Shown in pieces: positions 53,601 to 62,199 of a stretch of 62,199 nucleotides of DNA. The notes below the pieces were generated by a model that saw only the letters and a list, made by a program, of their open reading frames with translations, was not told where the DNA came from and searched no databases. This stretch comes from Welwitschia mirabilis (taxonomy: Eukaryota). Position 1 is the first letter of the stretch; each line of letters opens with the position of its first letter. Position numbers and translations under genes: made by a program. Location of the stretch: assembly GCA_051453625.1 (NCBI GenBank), contig JBOZIK010000001.1, forward strand, positions 41,109,519-41,171,717, given 5' to 3'.

Positions 53601-56600
53601 CAATAATAATGAAAGCATGATAATGTATATATGTCATAGAAGACAATAAATAACCATAGACACATTAGAAAATTTAACATTTTATTCAAGAGAAATTAAA
53701 GCTAAAATTTTTATTATATTTTATTAAAGTTGAAAAAAAATATGAACAAAAACTAGATAAAATAAAATATACCATAATATCATATTATAAAATAGTATTA
53801 CATAAGACAACCAACCTTATAGATTTTATGCATGAAATACATACACTGTCATATAGAAATGGATAAATCATTAAATACATAAAGCATACTAATAAAGATA
53901 GGAGTGAAGCATAAGAAAGCTTTCACTCTATACAAACATAACTAAGATAATATGTAGGATAGCGATGAGGAGAAGAAAGTTCACTACCATCTTCATCACA
54001 ATACTCACACTCAATAATGTTGGCTAAATGCTAAAGTCCACATCGATCTGCATTATGATCTTACCTCAATCCATGTGTATGGGAGAACAATAGAGTTATA
54101 GAACAAAATGTAGAGGCCAAGAAATGAATAGATTAGGATATAATTTTCATCTCATGCTTGATTTTCTCCAAGCATGGATTAATCTTAGCTAAACTAGCAT
54201 CATGCTGCTTAGGCTGAGGCCCAAGTAGGTGCTACTACTCCTATTTATACTCATAAAATCTCTCTATCTCCTAAAGCTATCTAAAATCAATACAAACGTG
54301 AAAAGGATATCTAATATGACCAACTTTATGACACTTAAGGTACTAATGGGTAGTTACTTTCCAAATGGTAAAGGGTGAAGGAATAGCAATAGAATGCTAC
54401 GAAGAGCATGCATGGAAAACATGGATAAACATACAATAAGAAGCATGAGGATCATGTCCTTACCTAAATAACTAAAGGATTCTTAAGATATTAGAAAATG
54501 CATGAGATGTATGTGAAGTACCTAAGATGTTTGACATAATATAACATGTAAGGGATACATTGAATGGCCTAAGACAATTAATAGAAAGACCATTGGCATA
54601 AAGACTAGAATTAAGATTAAGATCATCTAGGATAGGTAATATCACATCTTCATCAAACTAAAGGTTACAAGAAAACATAAATATAATGTCACTAGGATAT
54701 AAGGAATCATCTATATCAACTAAAAATTCCTTACCTAATCCCTAACTAGTCCATTGTCTTTAGGAGCAAAGGTAGTAAAAATCATAGAGCAAATAATTTT
54801 GTCAGTATAGTTCTAATGTGAAATATTAAATAGAAGCATAAGACCATTGAAAATAGGCAAGGAAAAGGCTGAAATAGTACTCACCACCATTTTGGAGAGC
54901 TTTGCTACCTAATTTTAAAAGAACCATGTAGATCCTAGCCCACTTCTTAAAAATTTTAATGTAAAAGTAAGGTTTCAAAGCCAAAAATAAGGTTTTTATA
55001 ATGAGTTGGGCATGTACTATTCTGAGCAATGGTGCTATAGTGCCATGAACAGTGTATTTTTTGGTGTTGTAGTATTATTATTGTAAGATTTACTAATAAT
55101 TAAGGTGAATTTATAGAAAATGAATAGAATACGCACAGAAAATAAAATAAATAATTGGAAAATTAAATTTAGAGGCACTCTAAAACCTAGGTGATGAATG
55201 ATTATATCCTTTGACTTAGATAAAAATAGGATTTTTAAGGTTAAAAATACATAATTTGGTCACAATTTATTTAAAAAAAGAAAATTCAAAAATAAGAACT
55301 AGAAATATTTTTGGGTTGATGTTTTTTGAAAAACAAATAGAAGTGGATCCTCCCTAAAGCTTATAGCCCTTCTAAATGTAATTGCATGAGACATGTAGCT
55401 CTTATTTCATCATTTAAAAATACTGAAGTTTTTAAAAGATTAAGGAAAAAAAGAAAATTACATAAATTTTTCCATCTTTTAGTTCTTTAAAATATATCAA
55501 ATTTACATCCAAAAGATAAATCATAAAAGATCTCAACCCCATTTAAATTTTGAACATTAAATAACTTGAGTTTAAATCAATTTACTCATTAAACATGATG
55601 AGTTTAAGAATATTAAATGTCAATACTCTCAAAAGAAAAAATAGGAATAACAACAAAGGGGCCTTTTCATTTAGATTTTAACTTTTTAGCAAATAAATGA
55701 AAATGAGAATTAAAAATCAAAAATTTATTGCATACATGAAGACTTTCCTTAAGAATGATTTTATCATGATAATATTTCATTAATTGTTTTGTCAAGGACT
55801 TGATTATTATAAGCACTTAATCTTATTTTACCTAATTCATTTAATTAATCTAATATATGTTTAGCACACTTTTTAAAATTAGGATTAAGTTTACGAATAG
55901 CATCAAAAGATTAATGTTATCTCTAAACATAAACTTGTTTGAAAGGAGTCATGCCAATGGGATTTTTAAAAGCTATATGATAAGCCCATAATGCATCGTA
56001 TAATCTTAGTGACCAATATTTTTTATTAGCATTAACTATTTTTTAAAGAATTTTGATAAGCTTATGATNNNNNNNNNNNNNNNNNNNNNNNNNNNNNNNN
56101 NNNNNNNNNNNNNNNNNNNNNNNNNNNNNNNNNNNNNNNNNNNNNNNNNNNNNNNNNNNNNNNNNNNNNNNNNNNNNNNNNNNNNNNNNNNNNNNNNNNN
56201 NNNNNNNNNNNNNNNNNNNNNNNNNNNNNNNNNNNNNNNNNNNNNNNNNNNNNNNNNNNNNNNNNNNNNNNNNNNNNNNNNNNNNNNNNNNNNNNNNNNN
56301 NNNNNNNNNNNNNNNNNNNNNNNNNNNNNNNNNNNNNNNNNNNNNNNNNNNNNNNNNNNNNNNNNNNNNNNNNNNNNNNNNNNNNNNNNNNNNNNNNNNN
56401 NNNNNNNNNNNNNNNNNNNNNNNNNNNNNNNNNNNNNNNNNNNNNNNNNNNNNNNNNNNNNNNNNNNNNNNNNNNNNNNNNNNNNNNNNNNNNNNNNNNN
56501 NNNNNNNNNNNNNNNNNNNNNNNNNNNNNNNNNNNNNNNNAATATTTTATTATAAAATGGGTTCCTTAATCATTAATGATTATCTGAGGATGATCAAAAT

Positions 56601-57001
56601 GAGAAATAACATAATCTTTCAAAAATCTAATAACAATCTTAGCATTACAGTTTTTACAAGCTTTGGCTTCCATTCATTTAGAAACATAATCCACATAAAT
56701 AAGAATATAAGCATTACCAAAGGAGGGTGGAAATGGTTCAACAAAATTAATTCCTTAAGCATCAAAAGATCCATAAATAATGATAGTTTTAAGAGGCATT
56801 TTGTTGTAATGTGTTTTATGCAATGTTTTCGTCTTAAGTAGAATCTTGTTAATCATAAATAATAATGCACAAACACAACACACTAATATAGTGAGAGTGA
56901 CTCAAATGTCATAATCTGTAGAAGGCCAAAGTATGGAAATAAGAGAGTTTCTTTCAAAAGAAAAATACTGTAATCTAGCCTATAGAAATAACTTATAATG
57001 C
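50615..57001 (-). mobile_element. G6: Athila-like element 3' part (3' LTR 50615-51972, PPT, env-like ORF ~54250-54950, integrase ~55700-56900)
   Basis: LTR ends ...CATAACA then TAGCCCCCTACTTAGCC. Env-like CLRPFNVSLTCYIMSNIL. Integrase GINFVEPFPPSFGNAYILIYVDYVSK and WSLRLYDALWAY...PIGMTPF. Confidence 0.85.
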
Positions 57002-57590
57002 NNNNNNNNNNNNNNNNNNNNNNNNNNNNNNNNNNNNNNNNNNNNNNNNNNNNNNNNNNNNNNNNNNNNNNNNNNNNNNNNNNNNNNNNNNNNNNNNNNN
57101 NNNNNNNNNNNNNNNNNNNNNNNNNNNNNNNNNNNNNNNNNNNNNNNNNNNNNNNNNNNNNNNNNNNNNNNNNNNNNNNNNNNNNNNNNNNNNNNNNNNN
57201 NNNNNNNNNNNNNNNNNNNNNNNNNNNNNNNNNNNNNNNNNNNNNNNNNNNNNNNNNNNNNNNNNNNNNNNNNNNNNNNNNNNNNNNNNNNNNNNNNNNN
57301 NNNNNNNNNNNNNNNNNNNNNNNNNNNNNNNNNNNNNNNNNNNNNNNNNNNNNNNNNNNNNNNNNNNNNNNNNNNNNNNNNNNNNNNNNNNNNNNNNNNN
57401 NNNNNNNNNNNNNNNNNNNNNNNNNNNNNNNNNNNNNNNNNNNNNNNNNNNNNNNNNNNNNNNNNNNNNNNNNNNNNNNNNNNNNNNNNNNNNNNNNNNN
57501 NNNNNNNNNNNNNNNNNNNNNNNNNNNNNNNNNNNNNNNNNNNNNNNNNNNNNNNNNNNNNNNNNNNNNNNNNNNNNNNNNNNNNNNNNN

Positions 57591-58780
57591 TCTTAAGTAA
57601 CATAAACTATGAGGGAGAATATTATTCATATATTAAAGTATAAAAAGGAAATGTTTTGTATTAGAAATCATCACATCCATTTTATAAAGTAGCCACACTT
57701 CAATAGAGAAAATGTCGCCAAACACCAAGGAAACATCTCTCTAAAACTACAGGATGATTCTCTGGCCCTTATATCTCCTATCATGAGAATTTTAGATGCA
57801 AACGAACACAAGAATGAGTCAAGGGGGATACCTCTATTTATTAATTCAATACACAAAATACAGATAGAAGGGCATGGTAAACCATAATAGCCATGCAGAA
57901 AGGAAATGAAAATAAAAGTGGTAAAAGTTAGATGAATATTCAGTGCAAGCATTACAATAGTATTATTCAACTAGTCATCCAAACAATAGAGGAGACGATG
58001 CCACCTCATAATTAATCTATACCAGCTACCAATCAGACCTCAGTTAGCATTCAGTTGGCACAGTCATTTGTACTATCATCCAAACAATGAGGTGAATGAT
58101 GGCCTTCCATAAATCTTCAGTCATTGCATTATCCTTGTTGTTTATAGGAAGTTATCATCAGAAATATGAAGTATTCATCTCTGCGGAGAATGCTCGTAAA
58201 TTATCATGAAGATTGCATATTTCCATCCTTTTTATCCTAGCTATCCATTATCATGGAAACCAAGCATTTACTTATCTATTTATCTATAANNNNNCTTAGA
58301 ATACCTTATCAAATATGCATAAGTTGGTAGTGCAACATAGTTCCTTACTTAGTCTTGTTAGTTCCTAACAAAACTAGGCAATAAACCATGTTTGTGAGCC
58401 AATGTATTAGATAATAAAAATAACTAGGATATCTAAATAAATTATCTTAGAAATATTTGTAGAATATTTTAGAGATAAAAATTAAATTTTTTAAAGAATC
58501 ATAAACACTAAATAAAACACCTGTCAAGCATCAGAAATCAGTCATCCAAGACATTATTCAAACGATGGAGGATACGATAGGCTCAGAAAAGAGTTTTTAA
58601 AACTGGAACCTATGATAAAATTGATTTTCTCAAATAATTAATTATTCATGATAAATATCCCTCCATTGAGATAAACAATCAAGTATAAAAGATTTACCTA
58701 AGTATAATCAAATTCTCATCATAAATATCGAAAGATAATCATGTAAAATTTATGAAGAAATAGTACATCATGCTTAAAGA
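57591..58780 (-). mobile_element. G7: Athila-like 3' LTR part (to 58337), PPT and adjacent internal sequence
   Basis: 58200-58337 is the reverse-complement homolog of the G5 LTR start (38911-39045), followed by TAGTTCCTTACTTAGTC (decayed PPT context). Confidence 0.75.
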
Positions 58781-59756
58781 AATAATATGTCTATATAATA
58801 AATATAGTTTTTAGTAGAAAAAGGTGTATAAGGGGAGATACAAAATATAATGAAAAATCATTTCCCTTGTTTATGCATGATGAATTCTAGTTTGGTATCT
58901 GACTTAGAAGTAGGGGGAGAAGAAGGAAAATGCTTAGGATTTATGGGGAGATAGACATTAAGAGATGCTATAATGGACTTGACTATCTTATCACCCTAGA
59001 CACGAATTGACTCTAGAATGTCTACATTCACATTTTATTGGATAGAGATAATGCACTAATTCATGTTCACCATTTTGATCCTTTGTGTGTTTTACTCTTT
59101 TCTTAATAGATAAGATCTACTGCTTANNNNNNNNNNNNNNNNNNNNNNNNNNNNNNNNNNNNNNNNNNNNNNNNNNNNNNNNNNNNNNNNNNNNNNNNNN
59201 NNNNNNNNNNNNNNNNNNNNNNNNNNNNNNNNNNNNNNNNNNNNNNNNNNNNNNNNNNNNNNNNNNNNNNNNNNNNNNNNNNNNNNNNNNNNNNNNNNNN
59301 NNNNNNNNNNNNNNNNNNNNNNNNNNNNNNNNNNNNNNNNNNNNNNNNNNNNNNNNNNNNNNNNNNNNNNNNNNNNNNNNNNNNNNNNNNNNNNNNNNNN
59401 NNNNNNNNNNNNNNNNNNNNNNNNNNNNNNNNNNNNNNNNNNNNNNNNNNNNNNNNNNNNNNNNNNNNNNNNNNNNNNNNNNNNNNNNNNNNNNNNNNNN
59501 NNNNNNNNNNNNNNNNNNNNNNNNNNNNNNNNNNNNNNNNNNNNNNNNNNNNNNNNNNNNNNNNNNNNNNNNNNNNNNNNNNNNNNNNNNNNNNNNNNNN
59601 NNNNNNNNNNNNNNNNNNNNNNNNNNNNNNNNNNNNNNNNNNNNNNNNNNNNNNNNNNNNNNNNNNNNNNNNNNNNNNNNNNNNNNNNNNNNNNNNNNNN
59701 NNNNNNNNNNNNNNNNNNNNNNNNNNNNNNNNNNNNNNNNNNNNNNNNNNNNNNNN

Positions 59757-62199
59757 CTTGTATATCCATATCCTATGAATAGCAAGCAGAAGTTTAAATA
59801 TGTGAGATACGCTACTTACCTATGGGCTTTGGTATTCCAAATCATCTAAAAAAAGCTAAGAGAAGGCATGGATAACCAAGTGTCTATAGATGTCATGCCT
59901 CAATCATAGACCTAAGTCTCCTTTAAATAAAAGTAGGCAAGTCCATCTACTTCCCTTAATAAAAATCTACCAGAATCTATAGGTGTACCACCATAGTATA
60001 ACTATCATGAAATGATGGACTGATGTTATGAATCAGTCCTCTATGCAAAACTCTATATGCGGGGATCAGCTGAGTAACATTTACCCCTTGTCAATCTATG
60101 GTCAAATCAACTAATATATATAATATCTCACCATAGGCTCGATGCTCTTCTGTCCCACCAGCTGAATGAATATACATGTTCCTAAGATTTAACCATCATG
60201 GTCTCAAATAAAAGCGACGATCATATCCTAAAGATGACCACGAGCGTCTGGTCGTCTCTCTATATGCATGATGTCATAAAACTCTCTCGTCCCTGAAGCA
60301 TAATATGAATCATGTGCATCTGTGATCCATCTCAGTTATATATTTATCAATCTATGATCTACCTCTAGCTCTATGCAGTGCACGAAATCTCCAAAATATC
60401 TCTCACCACGAATGCTAGTTGTCTGAATGCTCAAAGATCGTTCGTGTTGAGGTGGCAGATGTGTGGGCTCTGCACGCTCTATCTCAGGCTTGACCAAAGG
60501 CCTGCCTCATACTCTATAGGCTCAACCATAGCCTCCAACTATCTAGCTCTATGCATAGATGGCCTACTCAATTAANNNNNNNNNNNNNNNNNNNNNNNNN
60601 NNNNNNNNNNNNNNNNNNNNNNNNNNNNNNNNNNNNNNNNNNNNNNNNNNNNNNNNNNNNNNNNNNNNNNNNNNNNNNNNNNNNNNNNNNNNNNNNNNNN
60701 NNNNNNNNNNNNNNNNNNNNNNNNNNNNNNNNNNNNNNNNNNNNNNNNNNNNNNNNNNNNNNNNNNNNNNNNNNNNNNNNNNNNNNNNNNNNNNNNNNNN
60801 NNNNNNNNNNNNNNNNNNNNNNNNNNNNNNNNNNNNNNNNNNNNNNNNNNNNNNNNNNNNNNNNNNNNNNNNNNNNNNNNNNNNNNNNNNNNNNNNNNNN
60901 NNNNNNNNNNNNNNNNNNNNNNNNNNNNNNNNNNNNNNNNNNNNNNNNNNNNNNNNNNNNNNNNNNNNNNNNNNNNNNNNNNNNNNNNNNNNNNNNNNNN
61001 NNNNNNNNNNNNNNNNNNNNNNNNNNNNNNNNNNNNNNNNNNNNNNNNNNNNNNNNNNNNNNNNNNNNNNNNNNNNNNNNNNNNNNNNNNNNNNNNNNNN
61101 NNNNNNNNNNNNNNNNNNNNNNNNNNNNNNNNNNNNNNNNNNNNNNNNNNNNNNNNNNNNNNNNNNNNNNNNNNNNNNNNNNNNNNNNNNNNNNNNNNNN
61201 NNNNNNNNNNNNNNNNNNNNNNNNNNNNNNNNCATCATGAAAAAAAGGGATAGACAAGTAAAAACGTCGCATAGATGTATAATAATGACACCTAAAATCA
61301 ATGAAAAACTAGAAAAAATACTAAAAATATGTCTTACTCCTTCTAAAAGATGTAATGCATCTCAAATTTCCTAAACATCAGAGAAAAATTGAGAGAAATG
61401 GAAAAAGTGCAAAGACTATGTGTGTAGTGGGCCCCACATGTAGTAAAAAATTAAAGTACTCAAATGAAAAATCTAATCTAGCAAAGATGTAAATTACATC
61501 AAACTAATCAATTTTGCTTAAAGGACTACTATGATTTAACCTACAATTTGTGAAAAAACGAGTGCGAAAGGTAAAAAACCTAAAAATACCTCATAATATG
61601 CAAAAATAATCATAACTCAAAAAATATGCAGTGAAATTTAAATCTATAAGTTCCAAAATGAAGAGTGCAAAAAACTAAATAATATACATGAAAAATGGGT
61701 GTTAAAAGGTTTAAAAATAATAGAAAAAATTAAAAATTAGAAGAAGATAGAAACAGACCTCATTTTTACAAATTTGATNNNNNNNNNNGATGAGATCTAG
61801 CGAATCTGGCACTGAAATCAGATGAGATAAGTCCTAAAATGCTAGTACTAGCTATAGGGATCATTGTCTCTCAAAAGAAAAAAGGAAAACAATGAGAAAA
61901 TAAGTGAAAATGAGGAAAAAGGGTTTGAACTATGGTTTTATCTCACTATCATCCAGTCGAACGACAACCTTAGGATGACTCTTAGAAAAAATCAGGTCGT
62001 CATCTGATACAATGCTATTTGGATGACCAGGCAAACAATGGAATATCAAAAAGATTTTCAAAAGAAAAAACATCAGTTCTAAAATTTAGGCTTAAATATG
62101 ATCGTTTAAGTAACAGTTCTAAAAGGGAAAAAATAAAAAATAGAATATCACACAGAAAAACTATAAAAAACTAGGAAAACCAAAGGAAAAAGGACAAAC
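59757..62199 (-). mobile_element. G8 (possibly the continuation of G7): env-like ORF remnant 59757-60575 and its upstream non-coding region
   Basis: Reverse-complement homolog of 44830-46640 in G5 (e.g. 61420-61585 versus 45255-45575). Confidence 0.8.

Noticed and set aside
3779..61374. Long ORFs rich in X in the ORF track
   Set aside because: Artefacts of translating N gaps.

Overview
AT-rich plant-type intergenic or heterochromatic DNA from a gapped scaffold. It is almost entirely a pile of nested, decayed LTR retrotransposons, and I see no intact host gene, RNA gene or CRISPR array. Three Ty1/copia elements of Sirevirus type lie on the + strand. A (6460-15140) has two LTRs, an AAGAT target-site duplication (TSD), a deleted gag and a ~1 kb tandem duplication of LTR plus primer-binding site (PBS). 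B (18522-28023) has two LTRs, gag-pol and an env-like ORF. C (~35020-50614) has no LTR of its own and is split by a gypsy insertion. About seven Ty3/gypsy Athila-like pieces are present. G5 (38911-48977, +) is bounded by a TTATA/TTATG TSD; the rest are on the - strand. There is also a probable L1-like LINE relic, a Tekay-like LTR and a few microsatellites. All reading frames are broken, mostly by C>T/G>A changes. I cannot support a clearly new biological system. The best leads are a ~160-nt, apparently structured block conserved in the 3' non-coding region of four Athila-like elements, a possible antisense ORF relic beside an Athila 3' LTR, an LTR with a polypurine tract (PPT) before it and a PBS after it that is fused to copia gag, and several readable repair junctions. 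Element names (A-C, G1-G8) are my own labels, and family calls come from motif recognition by eye, not database searches.
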